Source: Paraspadella gotoi
Lineage: Eukaryota; Animalia; Chaetognatha
Direction of reading: 5' to 3'
Assembly (NCBI GenBank): GCA_051294375.1
Contig: CM119263.1
Location: 24,347,657 to 24,411,656, forward strand
Length of the DNA: 64,000 nucleotides
Position 1 is the stretch's first letter; the number at the start of each line of letters is the position of its first letter. Position numbers and translations under genes: made by a program. The notes beneath the pieces are model-generated. The model did not search any database, was not told the origin of the DNA, and worked only from the letters and a program-made list of their open reading frames with translations. This document shows, piece after piece, positions 36,757 to 51,649 of the stretch.

Positions 36757-38296
36757 TCTTTATCAAATGCCACAAGAAGAAAGGAACGAGCTCTTGAGAT
36801 GCAAAGCTGTCGAAATCGGTGTTTTTACAACTGTTTTCTACCGGAAATTCTTGCAGGCTCGTTTGTAAAGTTGGGCAGTCAGATTCGAACGGAAAATCTC
36901 TATTAGAAAAAATGTTGAATTTTTTTTTAAGCAAGATTTTCGCCTAAAGAGAGTGTTGCGTAGAAAAAAAGCAAGAATTTGAGGAAGATCTTTTCCGCTA
37001 AGTAAAGGTAAGTTAGCAAAGCGAGCGAAGTTTGACGGGATTGACATATAGTAGGTAGGTGTGGATGTTTGTGAAATGAGGGAATGAGTTGTTAAGAGTG
37101 AAAAAAATACAAAGAGGAAAAGCGGAGGCCAAACGGGCGGAAATCGGGAGGCGCTTCGCTGCGAGAGGAATGGAACCGGAAAAATAGTTGGAATTCTTCT
37201 CTATAGAAAAAATGTTGACTCAGGGGGAGAGAGAGTGAGAGAGAGAGAGAGAGAGGGAGAGAGGGAGAGAGGGAGAGAGGGAGAGAGAGAGAGAGGAAAT
37301 GGCAGCGAATTAATAAAAAAGAATGGAAACAGAATACAAGTAGTGAAGTCTCTCTCCTCTACACTTTGCAAAACTGTGAGGCCGGAGAAGTTGTTTCCAT
37401 CTGCGGGGGTTTTTTTTTGGGGGGGAGGCAAAGAATGGGCACTGTGGGCAGTTCGTGATTCGTGCTCGAGGTGTAGTGAGAAGCGGCCTCCGCTGTGATT
37501 GGCGTCGGGGTGAATTGGATGTGTTGTGGCGAGCGAATCCGAAATTGGAAATTGGATTTTTGTGGCGAAGACGCGACGAGTCTCAGCTGCGGAGGCGAGA
37601 AGGAAAACTTCGATTTTTGTGTGAAGAAAACGAGAAAAAAAATTGGAAAGAAAAATGGAAAGAAGTTTGGAAAGTTGTGACGTGAAGAGAAAAAAATAAA
37701 TAAAAATATTGTCTTAAGTCTTACAAGTGATGGAAATATGATGAAACTCAAAAGTAATGTTAAAATCACAAATGATGTTCTAAAAAAAGGATATACGAAA
37801 CGAAGCAGTTAACACGTTTAGAATTAATATTTAAAAACCAAATTTTAACATATCTGAGCTAAACTGACCGACCAAAAACTGCGAATTTCGATAAAAAAAA
37901 GGGAAATTAAAATAAAAAATAAAAATTAAGGAAAGAAGCGGAAGACAAACGGAGCGTCGGCGGGAGTCGGCGGAAGTCGGGAGGGGGCGTTGGAAGTCGG
38001 TAGGGGGCGTTGGAAGTCGCGCGCCGCGGAAAAAACAGATGTTTTTTCTTCTTTGAAAAGAAGAAATGGAAAAAAAGAATAATAATTGAAAGAAAAATAG
38101 CGGAGAGAGAGAAAAAGAAAATGGAGAAAATGAAAGAAAGTAAAAACTGAAAAATAATAAATATAACATTATGAGATTTCTAATTTTATGCACAAGTAAA
38201 GTATTTATTTGCCCAATATTTCGATGTGTTTTTCATTTCATGATCAGTGGCATGATTTGAGAAAGGGATAGAAAATTTGAGAAAGAGAGAGAGATT

Positions 38297-38350
<54 letters not shown>

Positions 38351-39098
38351 CGTTAAAGAGAATTATTAAAAGGAATGAGATATGGAATGGAGGAAATAAT
38401 GAAAGTGGGGAGAGAAAAAAAAGTTAAAGAAAAAAGAAGATAAAATTTCTTTTTTAGAAATGAAAAAAGAAAAAAATAATGAGAGAAAGAAAGAAAAGAA
38501 AAGAGAAGAATTCATCATCGTCTCCCTTCATCTTCTTTCGATGTATTAAAGATGAGAAAAAGACTCGATCCGCGAAAGAAAAGAAAGAAATTCATTTTCC
38601 CCCCTTTTTTTCCCCTTTCTTGTGAAAACGTTATTTTTCTTCTTCGAACGCTTTCGTGGGACGGGAGAGGGAAGTTGGGGGCAGGTCGGGTTTGAGGGGG
38701 GGGGGAATGCGAGGCCGGGATGTGCGAGGGAGTCCGTGGGCGGGGCTGGAGCGAATGGAGAAGCATTTTAATTTGAGTGGATAAAGCGGTTGGATGGGAC
38801 GCGGGGGAAGGAGATGATTAAGTTGAGAGACTTACGAGGTGAGCCAAAGAGTTGAGAAGCGGGTAGGAGCGGAGGAAGCGGGAGGAAGCGGGAGGAAGTG
38901 CAATGGGAGCTGGAATGTAACGGGAAAGAATAATCGGAGAAAGTGGACGGCAGGAAGTGGGTACTGCGAGAAATCCAAGAGTGAAAGCAAGAAGCGTAAG
39001 CAGCAATGGGGCAGACGGTGGGCAGATAAGCAGACAGCAGAGAGAAAGAGAGACGAAAGAGATAGAGAGAGAGAGAGACGAGAGAGAGAATAGAGAGA

Positions 39099-39175
<77 letters not shown>

Positions 39176-39522
39176 AGAGAGAGAGAAGAGAAGAGAGAGA
39201 AGAGAGACGCGTGTCACGCGCTGGCTCGATTCCGACGGAGGTGCATGCGTCTGCCGGCCCAGTACGGAGTAATATAATTTCCACCGATCACTTCACGAAC
39301 ATTCTAACTCTTGTATCTTGAGGCTATCCGACCGTAACGTTTATAACTTGGATAACGTTAAGTCTGCTGGGAAGAAGAGAGAGATGAGAGAGAGAGATGA
39401 GAGAGAATGAGAGAGAGAGAGAGCATGAGAAACGAGAGAGAGAGAGAGTGAAAATCATCCCTGTCGATGAGAGATGAGAGCAGAGAAAGAGAGAGAGAGA
39501 GGAAGAGAGAGAGAGAGAGAGA

Positions 39523-39561
<39 letters not shown>

Positions 39562-39832
39562 GAGCAGGTGGGCGTGGCGATCTGGCGGAGATTCGATTCG
39601 CCGTGGGTGGAGTTTTTTTTCCTCGCGGCAAAAGGATGCAAACTCAGTCTCTCTCTCTATCTCTCTCTCTCTTTCTTTACCTCTCTCTCTCTCTTTTTTC
39701 TCTCTCTCAAAGGATGCAAATTCGTAGCGAGTATAAGTAAATGGGAAGGCCGAAGAGAAAAAATGCATATAACGAGGCGAAGAGAAAAGGAAAGATTTAA
39801 ATCAAGAAAAATATTTAGTATCATGGGCGGAG

Positions 39833-39893
<61 letters not shown>

Positions 39894-40730
39894 CTCTCTC
39901 CTACATACACTTTTTCGGGTAATGTCTCCTTCTCTATTTTTCATGGATATTTTGCCCGGAGGAAATTCTTGGAAGAGGCCGCCACGTGTTTGTTCCACCC
40001 ATCATCTTTTTCCATTTCTCCGCTTGATTACTTCGCTTCCAAACTTGTTTACTCAATTCCCCCTTCCCACTTTTTTTTTTCTCTTCCTCCTAGGCGGCGC
40101 GCGCGTGTCGGTCTCGATTTATTATTCATTTGATTTTTTTATATCGTTAAAGTATATTCAGAATTGGTTTTAATCGGCTTGGCAATGATTTTTAAAATTA
40201 AATTCCCTGCAAGGCGCGAGGCGGATTAATGTCTTCCTTGAAATCCATTCTATGTTTTATGTTTATTTTATCTCAGGGATTAGAATTAGTTTTTTTTTCC
40301 TTTGGGGGATTGTATCTTTGTATTCTCACTGCACTGGAGGCTTATATTTTTTCTAATTAATTGTACAATCGCGGATTTCCGTCGTTATAAAGATTCCAAC
40401 ATATTTTTTTTGTTTTTCGGAGTTGGTTGAGAATAAGAGGCGAAAATGAAGAATCGATTTATCGGAAAAGCAAATGGAATCGAATTGGTTAATTGTATAA
40501 TTGTATAATGTTTTTATCGGGAGAGAGTGAAAGATAAAACAATTGGGTTTATGTTTGTAAACAAAACAATAAGTAGTTAAAAGAAATACTAATATGGTAA
40601 AGTTTTGCGGCCGGCGTTTGAGAGAGAGCAAAACAATTTTTGAGTGAATATTGGAATTTCTGAAGATTCGATTGGCGATTTTATTCTCTTTTTTACATAA
40701 TATTAGTCAATAGTCAGGATCTATATTTTC

Positions 40731-41111
40731 TTTTTAGTTGCGCCGCGAGTACTAGCGGAGCAACTCTAGAAGTCATATTTCGGTCGGTGTGTCGGTCGGT
40801 CCGTCGGTCCGTCGTATGTCCATCTGTCGGTCTATCCCACTTACATTAAAAATGCATATAATTTGCTTATAGTTGGTTGATCATTTGTTAAGACAGAAAA
40901 AAAACATCAAACTGAGGGACTGCTAGCGCCGCCTTTAGGAATTTCTAAAACTATAAAGAATAAAAGACAGAATTTTTATGCAGTGCATTTCATAAATACA
41001 TAATGAAAACAATTTTTTAGTCAGGTCATGTTATATCATGTGATAAAAAAGAAATACACGTGAAAATAAAGTCCCTGCGGCGCAACACATTGGAATTACC
41101 GTTCTTGTTTT
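40731..41111 (+). mobile_element. DINE-1/HINE-like non-autonomous Helentron, copy 1
   Basis: T-run start; 5' subterminal repeat GTTGCGCCGC with adjacent partial inverted repeat GCGGAGCAACT (40755-40765); GTCG/GTCC microsatellite; 3' subterminal repeat GCGGCGCAAC (41077-41086); T-rich end TTCTTGTTTT. This is the DINE-1/HINE layout (the 3' hairpin is weak). Second copy at 44199-45337. Confidence 0.85.
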
Positions 41112-42033
41112 CTGAAAAAGAAGAAAATATCCATTGGTTTTATCTAAATTTACGTCAATCAACGATTTCGATTCTTATCCCTCTGTCTGCCACATCATCC
41201 GTTCGTCCGTCCACGCGTAAAGATTACTTTCCCAGAAAGACCAAAAAGGCTCGAGGAGAATCTCCCAAGGGTCACAACCTCGAAAAGCCATTCGTTTCCG
41301 CTCCGAAGATTCCTCCACCTCCAGAGTTTCCCTTTTTTTTCCCTTTTCTTTTTATTCTTTTCTCCTTCGTCTCTCGCGATTGCTCCATTTTCTTACGCCC
41401 TTCATTAAAAGAGGTGAGAAAAGTAGAGCGCGAGCTCTTTTGTTTACAGAGGGCGCTCCGCCGCGCTCCCGACCTCTTCCCTCTCTCGCGTTTCATTTGC
41501 GAATCAACAACAAAATTCGAATCTTTTCGCGTCTTTTCCCCGGGTGACGTCAAGACCTCTTCCTCATGCTCTTCCCCCTCCTCCTCCTCTTCCTTTCCCC
41601 TCAATCCTCAAGTCTTCGATTCCTCTAAATAATTTTTTCCCGGCAGATGGCTTCCGTTGACGTTCACAATGAAATAATCTATTTTTTTCATTTTAAGATT
41701 AAGAGATCGAAAATAGAGAATCGTTTTTCTTTCAAGCCTCGAAACCGAGAGCGAAATTAGATTTTTCTCTTCCCCCGTATTTTCTTCATTGTTTTCTTTT
41801 TACTTTCCTTTTGTTTCTTTTCTTTTTATCACAATATTAAATTGCTTTTTTTTCTTTGTTCTCCCCAAGTATGTTTTCTTTCATTTTCGATTTCGGTTTT
41901 CTGTCGAAAAAAATATTTGTCTCGTCGCTCGTCGATTGGTTTTAACTCTGTCTCTCGAGTTTTTTTTATTTTTACATAGTAACACTCACGCTTATCTTCA
42001 CTTCTTCTCGCTCTCTCTCTCTCTCTTCTCTCT

Positions 42034-42136
<103 letters not shown>

Positions 42137-42799
42137 TTTGTCTTATTACGAATTCGCTTCTCGATTGAGTTCTAGCGAATCGAACTTCGGGTTGGATTCG
42201 TTGGGATCAGAATTTTATGCAAAAGGAGAGCGGGGGACGAGGGGGGGGAACAAGGGAAGTGAGGTCGAGGGGGAGAATCGTTAAATGCAAAGACGAAGGA
42301 TTGGAATATTGAAGTGACGGTGAACTTGATGAGGATGATCAAGACGAATTGAAATGATCAGAAGGAAGAGCGAGCGATTCAGTCTTTTCAGTGTCACGAG
42401 GAATGATGACTTTACCTTTTCACGTTTTTATAATTTTTAAATAAAAAAAAACATTATTTAGGATTGCGATTAAACAAAGCCATAAAAGTTAAGATTGTAC
42501 ATTGTACTACGAACAAACTTTTTGTAGTTTTTAGAGAGTTGCTTAGTTGTTTGGCAGAGTCTAACGAAAATACAAAAAATTATCGGATTAGGTTATATGA
42601 AATTTCGATCAAAATTAAAATTCAAGAGATAATAAATATATATATATTAAAAAAAAAGAAATTGAATTAGCGTCGACATCCAATTCGTCGTCGTGGTCGT
42701 CGTTATGTTCGTCGTCTTTTTCAGATTTCGCTGTCGTCGTCGGTTTTTTTTTTATGTTAAAAAATTTCAAACAGATTTTTTCGATTTCTTCTCCCTTGA

Positions 42800-42840
<41 letters not shown>

Positions 42841-43756
42841 TCATTAGCGTCTTCATTAGCGTCATCCACGTTGTCATTCGCGCGGGTGGAGACGACGACG
42901 ACGACAATGACGACGATGGAGACGTCATCGTGAATTGAATCCGAAATTCATGAAGTTTTCCGATCCAATTACTTTTTCCTCGTTTTTCCCCATAAAAAAA
43001 AAGAAAAACACGAGGCTTCCTCTCTCTCTCTCCTTCTCTTCTCCTCCCTTTCACTTTATCTCTCCCATCCTCGTCTTGTTTGGCTTTCGTTTTTTCCTTC
43101 TCTCAATCCTCCTCGCTACAGTTAAGACGCTACAGTTACGATCCTTTCCTTTACAGTTACGGCCCCCGACGTACCCCAGTTTCACTTCCCTCCATTAATT
43201 TTCCTTCGCTTTCAAGTTTTTTACAACTAAAGGGTAAAATCCAAGGACCGCGCCTAAGTTAGTAACATCTTGATCTACTCACATGCATTCCGACAATTTT
43301 ACGAATTATCACGACTTTCCTCACTTAAGTTTTAATTTTATTTTTCACCAATCTTAAGACTTAACACAAATTCAGACTTCCCCCTTAATCAGTGCTCCTA
43401 CCCGAAACTTTCCATCCCTCGCCTTACCTTTCACCACCCAACCCTCCCCACTAAGCAAAAGTGGGCGCGGCTCGAAGGCGGAGGCCATATTTTAAAGAGA
43501 AAAGAGAATTCGCAGACTAATTTCTCCCTCAACTCAGCAAATGTTGCGTCGTTAAGACTTTTTAGTTCTCCGCCATTTTGTTTGCCGAAGGATTTCGGTT
43601 TCTTTTCTCTTTTCTGGGTGCGTGTCACGCGACAAACTGTTGCTAAGAGATGCCGAAAAAGCTTCTTTTTGCTTTCCTCTCTCTCTCTCTCTCTCCTCTC
43701 TCCTTCTCTCTCTTCTCTCTTCTCTCTCTCTCTCTCTTCTCTCTCTCTCGTCTCTC

Positions 43757-43787
<31 letters not shown>

Positions 43788-44198
43788 TCTCTCTCTCCCT
43801 CCTCTCTCTCTCTTCTTTTCTTCCTTCGTTCTCTCATTTTTGTGAGTTTCTAATGTCAGCATCCGGCAATTGTATCAACTGTCTAATGTGTATTGATCTC
43901 CCATAGAGAAATTTTAAAATATACTTTTGAGTTTGCTGGCTATATGTCATTAATACTTTTTCACATAATTTGCTTCTCAGATTCGCAAATTTTCGTCAAA
44001 TGGCCCTAATTTTCAACAGAGATCAGTCACCAATGATCTTCGAGCAAAGCCCTAAAATGTAAACTTCGATCTTAATCTTAATTCTGAAACGTTTCCCTTT
44101 TTTTCGATCCGATTCTCACGTTCGTCTCGATGTTCGTCGATCGATCGTCAGTTTCGAAGAGACTTTCGTCTCCATTTTTTTCCCTCACGTAGCTGCTC

Positions 44199-45337
44199 TT
44201 TTTAGTTGCGCGGCGAGAACTCGCGGAGCAATTCTATAAGTCACTTTTCGGTCGGTCTGTCGGTCGGTCGGTCTCTCGTTCGGTATGTCTGTCCCATCGG
44301 TCTGTCCCACTTACATTAAAAATGCATATAGTTTACCGATATTTGTTTGCTCATTTGTTAAAACAGGAAAAAACCTAAAATCTAAGTGACTGCTAGCTCC
44401 GCCTTAAGGAAATTCTAAAACTACAGCGTGACCATTTGAAACCCGCTGTTATAAAAAATTTACCAAATGAAAATGTGAAAAGATTTTTAGTTTTTTAAAA
44501 GAGATACTTAAAGACAAGACATTCTCATTTTTTATGTATAGATATCATTATTTTTGCTTTACTTCTACTTTAACAGGAAGAGGTAAAAGATAGCTTTAAA
44601 AATGATCTCCCTGCTCAATAGCTTAATATTTTTAAAAAATTATCTTACTTTCTGAATGATTTATAAAAAAATTTTTAAAAAATAATAATATTATTGTTAT
44701 TGCCTGAAAGTCCTTAAAAAACTGTATACTATAAAATATTTTTCAATTTTTCAAAAAATATATTTTTAAGGCCCAGTCAAAGTTATAAGGTACAGAATTA
44801 TGATTACCTTAGTTTTAAAAATAGTTAACAGCAAGGTATATTACTTTAAAAAAGTTATAATTGGTGTTACTGTATCCAATTTTAACGGGCTTTCTTGCAA
44901 TGCCAATATTTGCACAAATTAATGAGATTTTGATTGCTTAAAAGAGCTATGAATTCCAAGTAACGAATTTCTCTTTATTTTTGATTGAAAAGCTTGAATT
45001 TGGTCTTCATATTTTTTTGCGCATTACGGACTCAAAACAAAATTAATTATCAAAAAATGTATACATAAAAAATGAGTATATCTTATTTTTAAGTATTTCT
45101 TTTCAAAATATTAAAAGCTCCTCACATTTTCGTTTGATGAATTTTTTCTAGCGGCTGTTTTCAAATGGTTACGCTGTATAAGGAATGAAATACGGAATTT
45201 TGATGCAGTGTATGTCATAAATACAAGGGCTAAGAAAGTTTTTTAGTCATGTCATGTCATACCATATGATCAAAGGGAAATACATGAGAAAATAAAGTCA
45301 CTGCGGCGCAACACATTGGAATCATTGTTCTTGTTTT
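44199..45337 (+). mobile_element. DINE-1/HINE-like non-autonomous Helentron, copy 2, interrupted by a MITE
   Basis: Colinear with 40731-41111 on both sides of the insertion (TTTTAGTTGCGC..GCGGAGCAA, GTCGGTC repeats, CCCACTTACATTAAAAATGCATATA, AAATAAAGTC.CTGCGGCGCAACACATTGGAAT..GTTCTTGTTTT). Confidence 0.85.
44424..45176. mobile_element. Tc1/mariner-type MITE (753 bp, ~120-bp imperfect TIRs, TA TSD) nested in the HINE
   Basis: TA|CAGCGTGACCATTTGAAA ... TTTCAAATGGTTACGCTG|TA. The paralogous empty site in copy 1 (AAAACTATAAAG, ~40947-40958) confirms the TA duplication. Confidence 0.9.
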
Positions 45338-46347
45338 CTTCTATTTTTAACTTCTCGCGCTTTTTTTTTGCTTCATCAGCGAATCCCGTAAAGCTTCGAC
45401 CTTTTATGCGAGTTTTTTGTTGCATTTTACGTAACTACACTATGTAAACTATAAAATATTAAAACTTTTGAATTATTAATTATTAGGAACGAAAATACCG
45501 GTTAAAAACAAGTTTAATCATAAAAAAATTCGTTTGTAAATTTATAAACGCATTAGATATTTATTTAATTGTTAACCTTTAAACCGTTAAACGATATTAC
45601 GAATAAAAAAAAAGAATAAAAAAGTGTGTGCTTTTTTTGTGTCCTCATCTCCCTGTGTCTTTCTCCTCGTCTCTTCACGACACGACGCCCATTGTCTCTA
45701 ATAGAAAAAATGTCAATGGTTTCTTTTCTGCTCCTGATCTCCCTTGGACGACGTTCCCCTCCCGCTCCAACTCCTCGCTCCTCTTCCTCTTCCCCTCGCT
45801 CCATCGCCAACGAGGGTGAACATCGCTCCCGTGAAATCGAGTATAAATGTGAGAATCGTGATTCGACCTTGGGTTCACCTCCTTCGCTCCGCCGCCCGTC
45901 CGCCCGCCCGCCCGACCGCCGCCCGTACGCCAGTTCGCCCGCCGCCCGTGTATTTCAGTCCGGCATCTCCCGGCAAAGTCTTCCTCCGCCTTCCTTTCTT
46001 TCCGGCGAAGCACTCTCGCCTCCCGAACCCCGCGATGCGGCCATTCTCAATCTCTTTGTCATAATCGTTCTTTGCCTCGGCCTTTCTCCCTTTCTGCCCC
46101 ATTCTTTCTCTTCTTTCCTTTCTCTGTCGTCTTGCCTCCTCTTGACTATGATACCTTCCCTTCCTTCACGCTTTTGGTCATCGTCATCAACAACAACAAT
46201 AACAACAACCAAACAAAACTCATCATCCTCAACATCATCATCATCATTATCATTATCATCATCCTCATCATCTTCATCATCCTCATCATCATCATCATTA
46301 GACTAAATTTTCGACAGAAAGCAGCAGGTCATTGATTCGCCACAACA

Positions 46348-46399
<52 letters not shown>

Positions 46400-46532
46400 T
46401 CTCTCTCCTCCCGCACTCCACTTGCCGCATTTACTTTGCCCACTTTCTCTCCTAGATTACTTCACCCGCTAAATCCTTTATTCGTTTTTCCCGTCAGAGT
46501 TCCTTTCCACTTATTACGTCCGCCTCTCTCCT

Positions 46533-46585
<53 letters not shown>

Positions 46586-46743
46586 TCTCTCTCTCTCTCT
46601 CTTCATTTCTTTCTTTTGTTCACACTCCCCGGAGTAGATATTTTTCGTTCTTACGATCATTTTGTTTCTTTTTTTTTTTTTTCTTCTTTGCTTCGTCTCT
46701 CTCTTTTTTTTTCCCTTCAGTATTTTTCTTTTCTACAACTTCT

Positions 46744-47752
46744 NNNNNNNNNNNNNNNNNNNNNNNNNNNNNNNNNNNNNNNNNNNNNNNNNNNNNNNNN
46801 NNNNNNNNNNNNNNNNNNNNNNNNNNNNNNNNNNNNNNNNNNNNNNNNNNNNNNNNNNNNNNNNNNNNNNNNNNNNNNNNNNNNNNNNNNNNNNNNNNNN
46901 NNNNNNNNNNNNNNNNNNNNNNNNNNNNNNNNNNNNNNNNNNNNNNNNNNNNNNNNNNNNNNNNNNNNNNNNNNNNNNNNNNNNNNNNNNNNNNNNNNNN
47001 NNNNNNNNNNNNNNNNNNNNNNNNNNNNNNNNNNNNNNNNNNNNNNNNNNNNNNNNNNNNNNTCTAAGTCAGCCTTTCGCTTTTATCTCGAGGGTGAAAT
47101 CGGGTTTTCTTTTTTCTCTCTTTTTATCTCCCTTTTCAACCTCCCCGATCTCTCGTCTACTAATTCTTCTCCTCCTCCCCCTTTCTCCCCTCCCTCTCTC
47201 CATCCACAGTATCGTTCAATTTTCTTTTCTACTTCTTCGCTTTTTCTTCTTCCTCCTCTACTTTTCGTCCCCAGATTTTTTGTAGACTCGAGTTACTATT
47301 TTCTACTTTCCTTTTTTCCTTCATTCATTTCTCTCCTTTTCTTCATCTTTCTTTTTTTTTATTTTTTCTTTACTTCATATTTCTTCTTCTTTGTATTTCC
47401 TTTTCTTCGTCTTTTCTCCATATTTTCTCCTCTTTTTTCTTCACCCAATTTTCTCATTTCTTTTCATTTTCTTTCACTCCATACCTTAATATTTCATTTT
47501 CTTTTTTTCCTCTTTGTCCTTTCTAATCTTTCCTCCTTTCCTCCTTTCTTCTTTTATCTTTTCTGTTCTTTCCTTTCCTCCATTTTTTCTCTCTTTTTTT
47601 ATTCTCTTCCTCTTTCCATCGCCGCAGGACGCTGCCTGACCTTTTGGAAGGATGTGAAATTTCGCTGATTTTTCGTCAAAAAAAAAATCGCCAAAACTTA
47701 GAAAAAAATTATTAACCTAATAATAAAAAGTGCGTTACAGAAAGGTAAAAAG

Positions 47753-47786
<34 letters not shown>

Positions 47787-48432
47787 NNNNNNNNNNNNNN
47801 NNNNNNNNNNNNNNNNNNNNNNNNNNNNNNNNNNNNNNNNNNNNNNNNNNNNNNNNNNNNNNNNNNNNNNNNNNNNNNNNNNNNNNNNNNNNNNNNNNNN
47901 NNNNNNNNNNNNNNNNNNNNNNNNNNNNNNNNNNNNNNNNNNNNNNNNNNNNNNNNNNNNNNNNNNNNNNNNNNNNNNNNNNNNNNNNNNNNNNNNNNNN
48001 NNNNNNNNNNNNNNNNNNNNNNNNNNNNNNNNNNNNNNNNNNNNNNNNNNNNNNNNNNNNNNNNNNNNNNNNNNNNNNNNNNNNNNNNNNNNNNNNNNNN
48101 NNNNNNNNNNNNNNNNNNNNNNNNNNNNNNNNNNNNNNNNNNNNNNNNNNNNNNNNNTCCATACATGCGTTACGCCTAACTCGCGTTTTCTTTCTTTCCT
48201 TCTTTTTTCTTTCTGTCTTTTTTCTTTCTTTATTTTTTCTCTCTTTCTTTCTTTTTCTTTCTTTCTTTCTTTCTTTNNNNNNNNNNNNNNNNNNNNNNNN
48301 NNNNNNNNNNNNNNNNNNNNNNNNNNNNNNNNNNNNNNNNNNNNNNNNNNNNNNNNNNNNNNNNNNNNNNNNNNNNNNNNNNNNNNNNNNNNNNNNNNNN
48401 NNNNNNNNNNNNNNNNNNNNNNNNNNNNNNNN

Positions 48433-48463
<31 letters not shown>

Positions 48464-49321
48464 TCCTTTTCTATCTCGCTATTTCCACTAAAACCTCCCC
48501 GAAGAAAAGGGAAGCACTTTTCTTTAATGCTCAAGAAACAGAGATTTACGAGGCATGGAAAACGTCATAGGGAGGCATGGAACCCAGCATGGGATGGATA
48601 GGTTCGCTCAGGGGAAAATCCCGAAATAGAGCGAGGAGAAGCGATGATTTCTTGCTGAGGGAAGCAAGGGAAGTACGAGAAAGTATGAAAAGTATGGAAC
48701 GTATGAGAAAATCTACACTTGCCGCCGCGAGAAGCATAGCAACGAACATGATGCGGAAAGCAAAAAGAAAAAAAGCATGGAAAACTGAAATGAGGGAAAG
48801 CATACCAACCATGTTCTTGGCCGAGTCACCACCTTTTTTTTTATTTCCAGATTCGGAGACTCGAGTTATTTTTTTCCCCTTCCTCTTTCTCCTTCCATTA
48901 CAGAACCATTAAGGCGACGGCAAAAAAAAAACAAAAAAACCCCAAGTCGCTCAGGATTCTACTTGTTTTTCTTTTCTGTTTTTTTTTTGTTTTGTTTTTT
49001 TGTTTTTTTTTCTGGTTTCGTTCGTGGGGGATCAGATTTCTATTTGATGCTTGATTGTGTGTTTCTCCTTTCCCTTTCATCACAAACGAAACTGACCTTT
49101 TATCCTTCATTCTNNNNNNNNNNNNNNNNNNNNNNNNNNNNNNNNNNNNNNNNNNNNNNNNNNNNNNNNNNNNNNNNNNNNNNNNNNNNNNNNNNNNNNN
49201 NNNNNNNNNNNNNNNNNNNNNNNNNNNNNNNNNNNNNNNNNNNNNNNNNNNNNNNNNNNNNNNNNNNNNNNNNNNNNNNNNNNNNNNNNNNNNNNNNNNN
49301 NNNNNNNNNNNNNNNNNNNNN
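46744..49321. other. Cluster of assembly gaps (about 46744-47062, 47787-48157, 48276-48432, 49114-49321); further gaps at 36080-36104 and 58671-58680
   Basis: N runs, mostly bordered by microsatellites. Confidence 0.98.
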
Positions 49322-51580
49322 TCTCTCTCTCTCTCTCTTTATCTATCTATCAAAGACCAAACAGACCATAGACGAGAGCGAGCAGCAAAAATTAAATATT
49401 AAAAGAGAATAGAAGACTGGAACAAAGCCAAAAAAAGAGTGAGGAATCAAAGAGAATCAAATTAAAAAAAAGAGAAGTATTGATTATATAATATATTTAT
49501 ATTTACCCATTAATATGGCTATATTATAACCATATTAATGGATTAATTATTTAATCGATATTTCTGCATCACGGTGCTCTTCGACTTTCGCGCTTAAAAC
49601 GCACCTGTACCCGACGCCGACAACAACGACAACAGTAATAATAAGAACAACGTAAACATCACCTGTTATGATAACATCACCAACTGCAATGATGACAACA
49701 TCATCGCAACCTGGAATGATAACATCAACATCATCGACGTCAATGAGAACAACAAAGTCAACAACTACATCATCGCCACCTGTCATGACAACATCAACAT
49801 CATCAACAACTGCAACGATTATAAAAACATACCACCTTGAATGATAACATCAACATCATCACCATCAATGAGAACAACGACAACAACAACGTAAACAAGA
49901 ACGGCATCGCCACCTGCAATGACAACAAAATTCTTTCGCCGATTGGATCGAGATTCAGCGGAGAGAAATTAATTGGGGAAGAGAGAGAGAAGACGACGCA
50001 AAGAGGAAACGAATTGGCTTTTTATTTTTTCTGAAATAAAAGAAACCATTTGACAGTTAAAACGAATTGGCTAGTTGACAAATTATTTTCACTAAAACGA
50101 GACAAAAAAAATTTTAAGCGAATTCAAAAGAATCACTGATATGTTACGAGTTAATAAAAAAACGTATGGAGAAAGAGGAAAATGTATGATATAGAATAAA
50201 GCTAATTACGATAAAAACCATGTTAGTGATAATATAGCGACGATCACGACAACGACGACGACGAAGTCTCTTTCCAGTGGCCACATCTCAATTCCGCACG
50301 AATAGCCTTTAAAGTATAGCGCGAAACCGGCGTCAGTGCAATAGACGCAAGGGCACGAATTTTACGCTGTATTTCACGCGGCATTTCACGCTGCATCTTT
50401 CGCTGCGCCGCGGCGTCACGGCATCGATCTTCGGGTGACGACCTCTGAACGACTCGCGTGACGGGCGTGACAAAGTCAAAAGATGCCAAAAATTTTCTCT
50501 GCCATTTTCTGGGGGGAAAAATAAGATGGGGGAGTTGAAAGAAAAATGAAGTCATCCAATCAAAAAGGCGGAAAAAACCAAAAAAAATGTTTTGGAAAGA
50601 AGAAAAGATAACGAAATGTTTTGAACAAAATATTGCGAGAAGAAACCGATAAAAGAAAATCCTAAATTAAAACGAAAAACTGATAAAGAATACAAATAAA
50701 ACGCAAATAAGAAACCCCGAAACCGACTGACAAAAATACTAAAATGAAAACTAAGAAGAATAGAAAAACAAGATGAGAAATAAAAACGCGCAAACAGAAA
50801 ACTTACAAGAGAAAATAAAATTGCTAAAAAAAGGATTAAGAAAACAAAAAAAGATGAAAAAAGAAAAAACGGGGGGAAAAAAAATAAAGGAAGCTAAAGA
50901 AGAGAAGAAACCCGAAGGCGAAGAAAGTTTGAAGGCGAAAAAGAATTGGGAGGAAGAAAAAGAGAAAAAGGAAATCGTGATATTGAGGGGAACTGAAGCA
51001 GATCACAGAGTCTGAGCTTTGACAGATATGGATTAAGATAAAGATGAGTTATATATCATATCATATCATATTATCATCTACTACAATAACATATCATATC
51101 GTGGAAAGCATTTGGACTCATACTTGTTCCTTCTGTTCTCATGGTTATCGCATGAGCTATACAATGATTTCAGTATTTACATTCAGGGGAATCCTTCGCT
51201 TTCGATGGAGTATACCTTTTGCGGTTTGAAACTAATGTCATGTTCCCCAAAGATTCGCCAGTCTGCCTCGATCCCACGACCTCCCAAGTCAGACATGGCC
51301 GTCTCCAACCGAGCGACAGAATTTAGACCCCCGCCTCTCCAGGAAATAGACAAGGGAAGTTCGCTCCTCTCCCCAGCGACTTAATGTGTAGATGGGTGGA
51401 GAGTGATGGGGAAAGGAGATGGAGAAATTTAGGGATGAGAGGATAAAAAAAAAAACGATTTGGAAAAAAAAAAATCTTGGGATGGAACCAGTTGATGGCA
51501 TCAGCGGGACTTGCTGGAGTGAAATTGGATTCTATCGTCTTTCAATCGACGGCATACATCTTGGCTGGATTTCAGAAAAA

Positions 51581-51649
<69 letters not shown>

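Noticed and set aside
46436-49412. Long ORFs spanning N runs
   Set aside because: Artefacts of assembly gaps and pyrimidine-rich low-complexity sequence.
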